A stretch of DNA of 64,000 nt. It comes from Candidatus Spyradenecus sp. GTDB lineage: Bacteria; Verrucomicrobiota; Verrucomicrobiia; Opitutales; UBA953. Both the position numbers and the translations under genes were made by a program. The stretch is taken from positions 12,286 to 76,285 of the forward strand of contig JAZRTJ010000084.1 of the NCBI GenBank assembly GCA_045651925.1, in the 5' to 3' direction. Positions 47,273 through 56,972 of this stretch are shown here, piece by piece. Position 1 is the first letter of the stretch. Each line of letters opens with the position of its first letter. The notes beneath the pieces are model-generated. The model did not search any database and was not told the origin of the DNA. It saw nothing but the letters and a program-made list of their open reading frames with translations.

Positions 47273-47845
47273 ATGAATTCCGAAATCCAAGAAGAGGTTC
47301 TCAATATTTTCAAAGAAAGCAAGGCGTTGCTTTCCGGTCACTTTATTCTGCGCAGCGGTCTGCACAGCGCGAATTATTTCCAATGCGCGCAGGTGTGTCA
47401 GTACATGGACAAGGTTTCGCGCCTCGTCGAATTGTTGCTGCCGAAGCTGAAAGATCTCGGCATTGAAACCGTGCTCGCTCCGGCGATGGGCGGCTTGGTT
47501 GTCGGTCAGGAAATTGCGCGCCAGCTCGGCGTTCGCTTCATCTTTGCGGAAAAGGAAGACAACAAGCTCGTCCTGCGTCGTAATTTCAAAATTGCTCCGG
47601 GCGAAAAAATTCTCGTCGCCGAAGACGTCGTCACGCGCGGCGGCCGTGTCGTTGAATGTGCGGACATTATCAAGGCTTGGGGCGGCGTTCCTGTGGCTTG
47701 TGCGATGCTCGTTGACCGCTCTGCCGGCAATGCTACGCTCCCGATGCCGGCGGTGTCGTTGCTGGAACTTTCGTTCCCGACCTATCCGGCCGATGCGCTT
47801 CCGCCGGAGCTCGCCGCGATTCCTGCGGTCCATCCCGGTTCTTAA
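47273..47845 (+). CDS. pyrE: Orotate phosphoribosyltransferase
   Basis: GHFILRSGLHSANYFQCA and PRT motif LVAEDVVTRGG. Confidence 0.92.
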   Translation: MNSEIQEEVLNIFKESKALLSGHFILRSGLHSANYFQCAQVCQYMDKVSRLVELLLPKLKDLGIETVLAPAMGGLVVGQEIARQLGVRFIFAEKEDNKLVLRRNFKIAPGEKILVAEDVVTRGGRVVECADIIKAWGGVPVACAMLVDRSAGNATLPMPAVSLLELSFPTYPADALPPELAAIPAVHPGS

Positions 47846-47908
47846 TTGCGTATTCGGACAAAAAAGTTCCCGCGAGCTTTAAGCCTGCGGGAACTTTTTT
47901 ATGCGGTT

Positions 47909-48736
47909 TTACGATGCGGTTTCGGCGGATTCCGCGGCCGGTGCTTTGGCCGGGCGGCGACGACGGCGGCGCTTCTTGGGGGCTGCTTCGCCGAGCACTT
48001 CCGCCATATCAAAGCCCTTCGGCTCTTTCTTGGCGGGCGTAGCCTTCTTTTTCGGCGGTGCCTCGCAGATGGACTTGCGGGAAATCTTTTTCGGAGCGAT
48101 ACCGAGCTCCTGCAGTTTTAGGAAAAGCTCGCGGCTCGTCCACGCATCGGTCGCAGCGTAGATAATCTGTTGTTCGCTCAGCGTTTTTGCGGCCCAATTG
48201 GAAACCTGAGCATTTTTGGAAATGCGGCCGCCGAGGAAATAGGCACAGAGCGCACGCAGTCCTGTATTTTCGATTTTTGCCTTACGCGTATAGGTGCTGG
48301 CATCGACGAATCCGGCGTCGTCAAACGGCGCGCGTTTCTTCAGGTGAAGCACGTCTTCCTTGACGGCAACGCCGACTTTGAGGATGTCCGGATTTTCGAA
48401 GACGGGAAAAAGCACGGGGACGCCGCCGCAGTAGTCGAGGCGGAAAAGGTAGGCGCACTTTTTGCCGCAGAGCTGGACGAGCGAAGTCAGATAGGAATTA
48501 CCGCGGCTGAAGCTGGGGCGCGTTTCCGTGTCGAAGCCGAGGATTTCTTCCTTGCAGAGGGCTTTGACGGCCTTGCGGGCGGCTTTTTCGTCCGTGATGA
48601 GTTCGATTTTCCCCTCGTACTGAAGGAGGGGCAGGGCGGCGACGAATTCTTTGTCGATGTGCACAAGCCCGTCCTCCGAGGCTTGAATTTCGGGAACTTG
48701 GGCGGGAACAGCGACCTTGGGTTTCGCAGCTTTCAT
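47909..48736 (-). CDS. 3'-5' exonuclease (DEDDy, RNase D/WRN-like)
   Basis: LGFDTE, LVQL, KVGV...D, SNWAAKTLSEQQIIYAATDAW. Confidence 0.88.
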   Translation of the reverse strand: MKAAKPKVAVPAQVPEIQASEDGLVHIDKEFVAALPLLQYEGKIELITDEKAARKAVKALCKEEILGFDTETRPSFSRGNSYLTSLVQLCGKKCAYLFRLDYCGGVPVLFPVFENPDILKVGVAVKEDVLHLKKRAPFDDAGFVDASTYTRKAKIENTGLRALCAYFLGGRISKNAQVSNWAAKTLSEQQIIYAATDAWTSRELFLKLQELGIAPKKISRKSICEAPPKKKATPAKKEPKGFDMAEVLGEAAPKKRRRRRRPAKAPAAESAETAS

Positions 48737-48843
48737 GATGGGACCAAGTCTAATTTTCGTCGCGTTTTAAGCAATCTTGAAATCGGCTTTGAGGGAACGC
48801 GGGCTTGACAAGCGCGGGCAAAAGCGAGATTTTTCTACATAAC

Positions 48844-48906
48844 GTGATTTTTTACAAGAAGAGCCGACTTAGTCTTAATCTCCTGCTTCTCCCCGAGGGG
48901 GAGTAA
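48844..48906 (+). promoter_or_regulatory. Putative leucine leader peptide (attenuator) upstream of leuA
   Basis: GTG ATT TTT TAC AAG AAG AGC CGA CTT AGT CTT AAT CTC CTG CTT CTC CCC GAG GGG GAG TAA = MIFYKKSRLSLNLLLLPEGE, with 6 Leu codons of which 4 are consecutive. Confidence 0.65.
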
Positions 48907-49035
48907 GTGCTTTTTTGCGGGCAGGCGACCGCTTTTCAACGCCGAAACCGACGGGGCTGTTCCCGCGAAAATTTCTCTTTTCCGCTTTGCGTTTTCCCGC
49001 GAAGTAAACCTACGAAAAAATTTATAAAAACGATT

Positions 49036-50712
49036 ATGCAACACGAAAAAATTACGAAATACGCTGCGTTCCCGACGATTGATTTGCCCAATCGCCGCTG
49101 GCCGAACAACTCCATTACAAAGCCGGCCATTTGGTGTAGCGTTGACCTGCGCGACGGGAATCAGTCGCTCGCCGTTCCGATGAACGTCGAAGAAAAAATC
49201 GAAATGTTCAAAATGCTCTGCGACATCGGTTTCAAGGAAATTGAAATCGGCTTCCCGAGCGCATCCGACACCGAATTCGCCTTTGCGCGCACGCTCGTCG
49301 AACAGAATCTGATTCCGGACGATGTCACCGTTCAGGTACTCGTTCAGTGCCGCGAACACCTCATTCGCCGTACTTTCGAAGCGCTCCGCGGGATGAAGCA
49401 GGCGATTGTCCACATTTACAATTCGACCTCGCCGTTGCAGCGCCGCGTTACTTTCGGCGATGCCTCCAAGGAACAGATTAAGCAAATTGCCATCGACGGC
49501 GCACAGCTCGTGAAATCGCTCCTGCCCGAAGCCGCAGGAACGAAAATCCGCCTCGAATATTCCCCGGAAAGCTTCTCCGATACGGAAGTCGATTTCGCCC
49601 TCGAATGTTGCAAGGCCGTTATGGACGTCTGGCAGCCGACCAAGGAAGATCCGATTATTTTGAATTTGCCCGAAACGGTTCAGTGGACGACGCCGAATGT
49701 TTACGCCGACATGATTGAAGCGTTTACTAACGGCTTGGAGAATCGCGAGGCAGCGATCATTTCGTTGCACACGCACAACGACCGCGGCACCGGTGTCGCG
49801 GCAACCGAGCTTGGCCTGATGGCAGGCGCAGACCGTGTCGAAGGCACGCTCTTCGGCAACGGCGAACGCACAGGCAATCTCGACATCGTCACCGTCGCGC
49901 TCAACATGTACACGCACGGTATCGAGACCGGGCTGAAATTCGACAACCTTCCCGCCATCCGCGAAGTGTACGAACGTTGCACGCGCATGACCGTTCCCGA
50001 ACGCCACCCCTACGGCGGCGACCTGGTCTTCACGGCGTTCAGCGGTTCTCACCAGGACGCGATTAAGAAGGGCATGGACCTGCGCCGCAATGCCGGTCCC
50101 GATGCTCCGTGGCACGTGCCGTATCTGACGATCGATCCCTCCGATGTCGGCGCCAATTACGAAGCCATTATCCGCATTAACTCCCAGAGCGGAAAGGGCG
50201 GTATCGCCTACATCCTCGGACGCGATTTCGGCATTGAATTGCCGAAGCTCATGCACCCGGTCGTCGGCGAAGTCATCGGCGGCATTGCCGACAAGCTCGG
50301 CCGCGAACTCACGCCGAAAGAAATCAACGATGCCTTCATGCAGCACTTCGTTAACGTCGCCGAACCGCTCAAACTCAAGGTCTTTGAAAGCCTCTCGGAA
50401 AAGAAGCCGCTCGTTTCCTGCAACGCCACCGTCGTCTATCAGGGACAGGAACACCACATCTCCGGAAGCGGGAACGGCCCGATCAACGCCTTCGTCAAGG
50501 CCATCCACCTGCAGGGCTGGAAAAACTTCACGCTCCGAGACTACCGCTCGCACGCGATTGGAAGCGGCTCGGCAACGGAATCGGCCGCCTACGTTTCGAT
50601 TTCCCGCGACAGCGACGGCAAGGTGTTCTGGGGTTGCGGTATCGACACGAACATCGAGCTCGCGGGCTTGCTTGCCCTTGTCTCGGCATTCAATCGTTCG
50701 CGCCGTATCTAA
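49036..50712 (+). CDS. leuA: 2-isopropylmalate synthase (yeast/actinobacterial type)
   Basis: WCSVDLRDGNQ, KEIEIGFP, ISLHTHNDRG, GNGERTGN, AFSGSHQDAI, RINSQSGKGG. Confidence 0.95.
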   Translation: MQHEKITKYAAFPTIDLPNRRWPNNSITKPAIWCSVDLRDGNQSLAVPMNVEEKIEMFKMLCDIGFKEIEIGFPSASDTEFAFARTLVEQNLIPDDVTVQVLVQCREHLIRRTFEALRGMKQAIVHIYNSTSPLQRRVTFGDASKEQIKQIAIDGAQLVKSLLPEAAGTKIRLEYSPESFSDTEVDFALECCKAVMDVWQPTKEDPIILNLPETVQWTTPNVYADMIEAFTNGLENREAAIISLHTHNDRGTGVAATELGLMAGADRVEGTLFGNGERTGNLDIVTVALNMYTHGIETGLKFDNLPAIREVYERCTRMTVPERHPYGGDLVFTAFSGSHQDAIKKGMDLRRNAGPDAPWHVPYLTIDPSDVGANYEAIIRINSQSGKGGIAYILGRDFGIELPKLMHPVVGEVIGGIADKLGRELTPKEINDAFMQHFVNVAEPLKLKVFESLSEKKPLVSCNATVVYQGQEHHISGSGNGPINAFVKAIHLQGWKNFTLRDYRSHAIGSGSATESAAYVSISRDSDGKVFWGCGIDTNIELAGLLALVSAFNRSRRI

Positions 50713-50732
50713 GTCGTTTCCCGACTGCAATC

Positions 50733-50766
50733 AAAGCGTTCCCGCCGATCACGGGAACGCTTTTTG
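50733..50766 (+). terminator. Terminator after leuA
   Basis: AAAGCGTTCCCG CCGATCA CGGGAACGCTTTTT. Confidence 0.7.
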
Positions 50767-50908
50767 TTTTTGGGAGAGCGGACTTTCCGCCCCTTCGTCG
50801 TTGGCTCAATCCTACATTTCTCTTGAAAATCGTTTTCGGCGGCATACGATTGGTCTAACTCAATAACGGCGCGTTTTTATCGCGAAGTGCTTTAACTGAA
50901 GGAACTCT

Positions 50909-51673
50909 ATGAAACACGTAAAAATTTTAGTTGCTCTGATGCTTGCCGCGACGGCGTTGTCCGCTGTCCCCGCATCCGCTTTTGCGGGCGAAAAGGACGG
51001 GAAGCCGCGTATTGTGCGGGAAGCGGAGCGCCGGGAGCGCGAACGCCAAGATTCGACGTGGACGCCGGAAAACATCCGCGACAATCCCGTGCTTTTCCTA
51101 CAGGAAACGATTGCTTCGTGCGACGCGCTGAAAGATAAAATCGAAGCGCAGGACATTGCGTTCATCCGTTTGAAAAAACAGGCGGAACGCAAGGTCTCCG
51201 AAGCCGAAAGCGCGATTCGCCGCTACACGAAATTTTTGGAGGAAGCGAAGAAGCAGTACAAGATTGCCAAGGAAAAGGATGCGTTTCCGGTGACGATTAA
51301 CGGCTTTGAGCTGTCCGAGGAAGAACTTTCCGACAAGGTCGCCGATGCGCTCGAACGCGTTGAGCTCGCAAAGAGCCAAAAGAAAACCAACAGCGTCGTC
51401 GCCAAGAAAGTAAAAATCCGTCAGGGCGTTTTGAAGACGAAGACGCGGGAACTGCGTACGATTCGCCGCAAGCTCGTACTCCAGCTCGAACAGGTAAAAA
51501 TGAACGAAGCACTCGGCGAAATCGACGAGCTGACGGATGTGCTCGGCACGATTAAGGATATGTCGATCGAACTCGACGAAGATCCGACGAAGCTTTCTCT
51601 CGACGACATCACCGAGGAAGACCCCGACGCGGCCCGCAAGCAATCCGCCGAAGAATTTCTCGAAGGCGAATAA
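50909..51673 (+). CDS. Secreted coiled-coil hypothetical protein
   Basis: Signal peptide ending ASAFA; long heptad-rich, PspA-like helical body. Confidence 0.7.
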   Translation: MKHVKILVALMLAATALSAVPASAFAGEKDGKPRIVREAERRERERQDSTWTPENIRDNPVLFLQETIASCDALKDKIEAQDIAFIRLKKQAERKVSEAESAIRRYTKFLEEAKKQYKIAKEKDAFPVTINGFELSEEELSDKVADALERVELAKSQKKTNSVVAKKVKIRQGVLKTKTRELRTIRRKLVLQLEQVKMNEALGEIDELTDVLGTIKDMSIELDEDPTKLSLDDITEEDPDAARKQSAEEFLEGE

Positions 51674-51684
51674 GAAAGAAATTT

Positions 51685-52803
51685 ATGACACCGACAAAGC
51701 TGGCAGGCTTGCTTGCCGTTGCGGCGATGCCGTTTTTGGCGTCGTGCATGACCCCGAACGAGAAAATCGCCCGGGGGCTGGATGAGTACTCGCTGACGCT
51801 CAACGAGGCTCAAGCGGCGATTGCCGAGGGAGCGGAGATTTCCGTGGCTTTTTTGGTGAAAGCGGCAGTCCGGGACAATGTTGCGGTGGTGGAGCTTTTT
51901 GTTGCGGAAGGCGCGAATCCCTGGGAAATGAAGGATGCGACGGGAACGTTTTCGCTCTTCGCCTACGCCGCGAGTCATTGCCGGGAGGCTCTTCTCAAAA
52001 TCTGTTTTGATACCAAGGCGCTTTACCCGGATCTCGCGGAGAAGAAGGCGACAGAGTATGTCGAATTCGTCATTTCCAAGCTGTCGCAGGATCCGAGCCT
52101 GCGCGTTACGAATGTGTGTGCTCTGATCTGGGAGGCGGGCTTGGCGCTTCCGACAAAAGCGAAAATGGAGGCTGAGCAAAAACGCGTCGCCGAAGAAGAA
52201 GCCCGTCGCGAAAAGGAACGGATTGAGCGGGAACGCAAGGAGGCTTTAGAGACCTTAAAGGACCTTGAAATTGCTGCGTTGAGCGTTCGGATGATTGAAG
52301 AGGTTTTAGCCGGAGAAAAGAAGCTTTCGAAGGAAGAAAGCTCCCGCGGGCGTGTCCTTATTGAGGCCTTCGGAGAAGAACAAATGCCCGCGCTTCTCGA
52401 ATGCTACAAGCAGGCACGGCAGGCTTTTCTCGAAGCGGACGCGAATCTGAACGAGCTGGTTGCGGCACTTCGGGCGGAGGGTGTCAATACGAAGCTGAAT
52501 TTCGAAATTCTTGGGGCGTGTGCAAAAAATCTGCTGACGTTTGACGAGTTCGTGGCGGATCTCAAGGAAGAGGATCAGACCAAGTGCATTGCGCGTTACG
52601 GGAGTGAATTGTGGTGGCAACGCCAAGATGTCCTTGCCGCGGCGAACGATATTTTTCAGGCGGCGGGAAATCGCTGGCTGGATTTGGCGGCCGAATACTG
52701 GCGTCTGCGTTACAAACTGACGGATTATTACTCGCTGTTTAAAATCGGGGCGATTACTCCGGACGAACTCGCCGCTAAAGATGCGGCATTCCCCGAAGGC
52801 TGA
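51685..52803 (+). CDS. Hypothetical lipoprotein with an ankyrin-like segment and helical C-terminal domain
   Basis: Lipobox FLASC; AAVRDNVAVVELFVAEGANP resembles an ankyrin repeat. Confidence 0.65.
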   Translation: MTPTKLAGLLAVAAMPFLASCMTPNEKIARGLDEYSLTLNEAQAAIAEGAEISVAFLVKAAVRDNVAVVELFVAEGANPWEMKDATGTFSLFAYAASHCREALLKICFDTKALYPDLAEKKATEYVEFVISKLSQDPSLRVTNVCALIWEAGLALPTKAKMEAEQKRVAEEEARREKERIERERKEALETLKDLEIAALSVRMIEEVLAGEKKLSKEESSRGRVLIEAFGEEQMPALLECYKQARQAFLEADANLNELVAALRAEGVNTKLNFEILGACAKNLLTFDEFVADLKEEDQTKCIARYGSELWWQRQDVLAAANDIFQAAGNRWLDLAAEYWRLRYKLTDYYSLFKIGAITPDELAAKDAAFPEG

Positions 52804-52838
52804 TTGCCGATTCCCCGACGCAGAAAATTAAATGTGCT

Positions 52839-53849
52839 ATGAAGACTTTATTGAAATCTCTTTTGGGAGCTGTTGCGGCCGCGTTCGGCGTTTCCGCGTT
52901 TGCCGCTCCGGAGAATCACGAAGCATTTGCCCGGGAATACATGCCGGAATCGCAAGCCGTGTTCGAACGCTTTCGTAAGGATTGCGCGGAAAGCAAAAAA
53001 CTTCGTGAATCCCTCGCGGAAGATTTGCGCGTGATGAATCGACCGGCGGAAGACGACGCCGGCTATTGCGCGCTCTCCGAAAAAATTGCGGAACTCGAAA
53101 AACGGGAGGCCGAGTGGAGCGGCACCGTTAAAGACTCATTTCTTCGCCACAAGGCCGGTTTGGTGACTGCCGAAAAGCTCGGAGACGCGGACCTCGAGCT
53201 CGCGAAAAGAAGCATCGCTTGGGAAAGTAAAGTACTCGAGAATTTGCTTAGGAATTCCGTCGCAGGCTTCGGAGTTCCGGAGCTGGTAAAGATTCCGGGA
53301 TGTAATTACGCGTTCGGAAAATACGAAGTTACGCAGGCGCAATATCGCGTCATTATGGGCCGAAACCCGTCGTACTTTAAGGGGAACAATCTCCCCGTAG
53401 AATCCGTTACCTGGGAGGAAGCCGTCGAATTTTGTGTGCGTCTGACCGAGCGGGAACATGCGTTGGGACGCTTGCCGAAAGACCGCGAATACCGTTTGCC
53501 TACTTGCGAAGAATGGGAACACGCCTGTCGCGCGGGAACAACGACGAATTATCATACGGGGGATTCGATGGCTGCTTTGGATCGTGCCGGATGGTATGCC
53601 GGAAACAGCGAGCGCAAGGTCCATCCCGTCGGGCAAAAAGAACCGAATGCATTCGGGCTTTACGATATGCACGGGAATGTCAGCGAATGGACATGCAGCT
53701 TCTATGAACCCCGATTTGCGTGCATGGGCGGTGATTGGAGCGATCTCGCGGATAATTGCAAAGCTTTGGATTGGAATGGCCGCCTGCCGGAAGCCCGTTT
53801 CGCCTACCTCGGCTTCCGGATCGTTCTCGCCGAAGCGGAAGAAGAATAG
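52839..53849 (+). CDS. Secreted formylglycine-generating enzyme family (FGE-sulfatase / CLec fold) domain protein
   Basis: GKYEVTQAQY, PVESVTW, YRLPTCEEWEHACRAG, PNAFGLYDMHGNVSEW, LGFRIV. Confidence 0.85.
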   Translation: MKTLLKSLLGAVAAAFGVSAFAAPENHEAFAREYMPESQAVFERFRKDCAESKKLRESLAEDLRVMNRPAEDDAGYCALSEKIAELEKREAEWSGTVKDSFLRHKAGLVTAEKLGDADLELAKRSIAWESKVLENLLRNSVAGFGVPELVKIPGCNYAFGKYEVTQAQYRVIMGRNPSYFKGNNLPVESVTWEEAVEFCVRLTEREHALGRLPKDREYRLPTCEEWEHACRAGTTTNYHTGDSMAALDRAGWYAGNSERKVHPVGQKEPNAFGLYDMHGNVSEWTCSFYEPRFACMGGDWSDLADNCKALDWNGRLPEARFAYLGFRIVLAEAEEE

Positions 53850-54001
53850 TTTACCGCATTCGCTTATCCGAAAGCGTTCCCGCCAATCCCGGGGACGCTT
53901 TTTGCTTTTGGAGGGCGGGAGGCTTCAAGCCGGAATCTTTCTCTGCGCGGGCGATTTTAGAGGTTTACGCGGGAACGTGCGGGCGGGCATAATTCCGAGT
54001 T

Positions 54002-55198
54002 ATGAATTTGTCTTTCGGAAAGATTTTTTTGTGCGCGGCTTGCGTGTGTGCGTTGCCGTTTTCGGTGTCGGCGGAAGAAGCGGCGAGCGGAAAGATTTCG
54101 GTCGGGGCGGGTGTCGAGCGTAAGACTTTCGGTCTCGACTTGAGCGTGCCGCCGACGGAAACGAAGCAGGACGAGGCGGCGGTGCCGGAAATTTCCGAAG
54201 CCAAGGCGGTGCCTGTTGCGGCGGAGCCCGTGAAGCCGAGTTTTCCGGAGGCGCACCGGAAGTTTATTTTTGAATGCGAACCGAAGGAGTTTTCGGCGGA
54301 AGCCTACGAGCGCTCGGTGGAGAATTTGCTCGCCGCCTACGAAAAAAATACGGGGCGCAAGCTGGTGCCGGGCGAACACAAAAAGGTGGCGCTCAAGATT
54401 TACACGGCTTCCGGACGCGGCTTGGAAACGCCGAAGGATTTGACGCGGGCGGTGCGGACGGCTTTGGAAAACCGCGGCTTTTCGCGGGAAAATATCTTGC
54501 TCGTTGATTTGAGCGAACGCCAGTTGCGCCTCGCCGGTTACTTGCCGCCGTTCCGCAAAAAGAACGATTTCTTCTGGGAAGGTTCACCGGTGGCGGCACT
54601 CGATACGGGCAAGCATTACCACGAAAAATGGTTTTACGAAAACAATTTGCCGACGCGGGAATCGAATACGGGGGCGGCTTCCGAGTGGGAGGATATTGCC
54701 AACGAGCGAAAGAGTTTTCTGCCGATTCCCTTGCTCTTCGAAGTCGATTTTTGGATTAATCTCCCCGTGGCTTGCGACAGTCCGGTGTTGGGTGTTTGCG
54801 CGGCTCTCGGCAATGCGACGCTTTGGAATGCCGGCAATCAGAAGCGCTTTTTAGATAACCCTGCGAACGCCGTTCACATGGCGGTTTCGATTGCGACGAT
54901 TCCGGAATTGCGCGCGAAGTTTGAGCTTTCGATTCTTTCGCTGGAAAAATACCAGTTTATCGGCGGGCCGGTTTTCAACGAGAACTACACGCTTTCGGAA
55001 AAGCAAATCTGGATGAGCGCGAATCCCGTGATTTTGGATTTTCTGATGTGGCAACGCATGAATCGCGCACGCGCAGCTCGCGGCTTTAACCCGATTTTCC
55101 CCGAGCCGCCGCTGTTTTCCACGGCCAGCAAGGGCGAATACTCGCTTGGCTCCTGCATGGCTTCGGAGCTAAGCCTCGTCCGCGTTCCCGCAGAGTAA
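54002..55198 (+). CDS. DUF362-like exported protein
   Basis: Signal peptide; VALKIYT..G..TP..L..AV...L...G and DFWINLP..A.GN patterns resembling DUF362. Confidence 0.6.
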   Translation: MNLSFGKIFLCAACVCALPFSVSAEEAASGKISVGAGVERKTFGLDLSVPPTETKQDEAAVPEISEAKAVPVAAEPVKPSFPEAHRKFIFECEPKEFSAEAYERSVENLLAAYEKNTGRKLVPGEHKKVALKIYTASGRGLETPKDLTRAVRTALENRGFSRENILLVDLSERQLRLAGYLPPFRKKNDFFWEGSPVAALDTGKHYHEKWFYENNLPTRESNTGAASEWEDIANERKSFLPIPLLFEVDFWINLPVACDSPVLGVCAALGNATLWNAGNQKRFLDNPANAVHMAVSIATIPELRAKFELSILSLEKYQFIGGPVFNENYTLSEKQIWMSANPVILDFLMWQRMNRARAARGFNPIFPEPPLFSTASKGEYSLGSCMASELSLVRVPAE

Positions 55199-55246
55199 GC
55201 TCCCGATCAGAGGCGTTCGGGAGTCCTTCCCGAGAGACCTCTTGGA

Positions 55247-56890
55247 TTAATTTCTTCGCCAGACGATGGTGAAGAAGAGCCAGGCGGTGAGGATGGCGGC
55301 GACGACGAAGCCCGTGATGCCCAAGTGCTTGGCGAATCCGAGCTCGTTGCCGATACTGGCCGCGCAGACCAAAAGCGCACTTGCGACCAGAAGCGCGGAG
55401 ATAATCATGGCGAGCGCCATGCGGTTGGCGGAACGGTCGAGGGTGACGCGCGTGGCGTTGAGGCCTTCGTGCTCGATGTTGATGCGGGCGTCGCCGCTTT
55501 CGATTTTCCAAAGGATACGCTGGAACGATTCGGGGATTTCCTTGATGTAGGCGAGTTGGCGCTCCGCGTGCCAGTAGATGTCGCGTCCGACATTGAGCGG
55601 ATTCCGGCGCTGGGAATGAAGGTTCCTGAGTGCCTTCCGGGCAAATTCGGAAAGTTCGAAATCCGGATTCAAGGCACGCCCGGATTCTTCCATGACGGTG
55701 ACGGATTTCGCGAGCAGGGCGTAATCGCGCGGGAGCGGGAGTCCGTTCTGGGCGAATACGCGCAACATATCGAAAATGATGCGCCCGACGGCCCCGGCAT
55801 CGTTTTCGAAATTGGCGTGGCGGCGCAGGACAACGGCGATGTCCGCTTCGAGTTTGGCCTTGTTGACGTGTTCCTTCGGCGGATTGATGCAGAGCGCGAT
55901 TTGCAGGACTTTTTCGGCGTTGAGCTCGGCGACGGCAGCAAAGATGTCGGCGAGGAAATAGCGCATTTTTCTCGAGAGCGTCCCGGCGCATCCCCAGTCG
56001 AGGAAGCAGAGGCGCCCGTCGGGTGTGATGAGGAGGTTGCCCGGATGCGGGTCGGCGTGGAAGAAGCCGAAGGAGAAAATTTGACGGAAGACGGATTCGC
56101 CGCCGGCGATGCTGAGTTCGCGTGCGACGTCGGCGGGAATGCGCTTGTCGCCGGGCGAAAGACCGTCCACCCAATCCGTTACGAGGAGCCGTGCCGAGGA
56201 AAGGTGCTGGAAGACACGCGGAGCGAAGATGCGCGGGTCGTCGTTGATTTTGTCGAAGTGCTGGGCGTTTTTAGCTTCGAAGGTGAAATCGATTTCGCGC
56301 AGGACGCCGTTGCGGATTTCGTTGAGAATGCCGGCGAAGTCGTAGGCGGCGAGTTCGGGAATATTTTCCGTGGCCTGCGTGACGATCCATTCGAGGATTT
56401 CAAAGTCGGCCCGCATGGCTTTGCCGGCGCCGGGACGCCGTACTTTTACGGCGACGCATTCGCCTGTTTTCAGCGTGGCTTTATAAACGAGTCCGATGGA
56501 ACCGCAGGCAAAGGCCTCTTTGTTGAAGGTCTGAAAGTTTTCGGTGATTCCGCCCTTGAGCTCGCCGTCGATTACCGGTTCCACGGTTTCCCAGGGAAGC
56601 GGGGCGACATGATCGCGGAGCTTTTTGAATTCCTCCAGGAGCGGGGGCGGAAGAATATCCTCGCGGGTGCTGACGATTTGGGCGAATTTGACGAAAGTTG
56701 GTCCGAGCTCTTCGCAGGTGACCCGAATGCGTTGCCAAATTGAAAGGCCGGACGGATGCGGGAGGATTTTCCTGAGGAAGAAATTGTGCGGCTGCAATTT
56801 CCCGGCAATCTCCGCGAAGCCGTTGCGCAGCAGGACGACGGCGATTTCTTTCGCGCGCAGGCTATTGCGCAGGAACGAAATCGTCCGCAT
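55247..56890 (-). CDS. ABC1/UbiB/AarF family atypical kinase
   Basis: ELGPTFVKFAQ, ACGSIGLVY, VAVKVRRPG, FFHADPHPGNL, FLDWG; two C-terminal TM segments. Confidence 0.9.
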   Translation of the reverse strand: MRTISFLRNSLRAKEIAVVLLRNGFAEIAGKLQPHNFFLRKILPHPSGLSIWQRIRVTCEELGPTFVKFAQIVSTREDILPPPLLEEFKKLRDHVAPLPWETVEPVIDGELKGGITENFQTFNKEAFACGSIGLVYKATLKTGECVAVKVRRPGAGKAMRADFEILEWIVTQATENIPELAAYDFAGILNEIRNGVLREIDFTFEAKNAQHFDKINDDPRIFAPRVFQHLSSARLLVTDWVDGLSPGDKRIPADVARELSIAGGESVFRQIFSFGFFHADPHPGNLLITPDGRLCFLDWGCAGTLSRKMRYFLADIFAAVAELNAEKVLQIALCINPPKEHVNKAKLEADIAVVLRRHANFENDAGAVGRIIFDMLRVFAQNGLPLPRDYALLAKSVTVMEESGRALNPDFELSEFARKALRNLHSQRRNPLNVGRDIYWHAERQLAYIKEIPESFQRILWKIESGDARINIEHEGLNATRVTLDRSANRMALAMIISALLVASALLVCAASIGNELGFAKHLGITGFVVAAILTAWLFFTIVWRRN

Positions 56891-56972
56891 CGGGGAGGAT
56901 TGGGGAATGGGGCGGTTGGGCACGGAGATCAGGAAAGGTCCCCGCGAAGGATTTCACGGGGACGGGTGAAGG

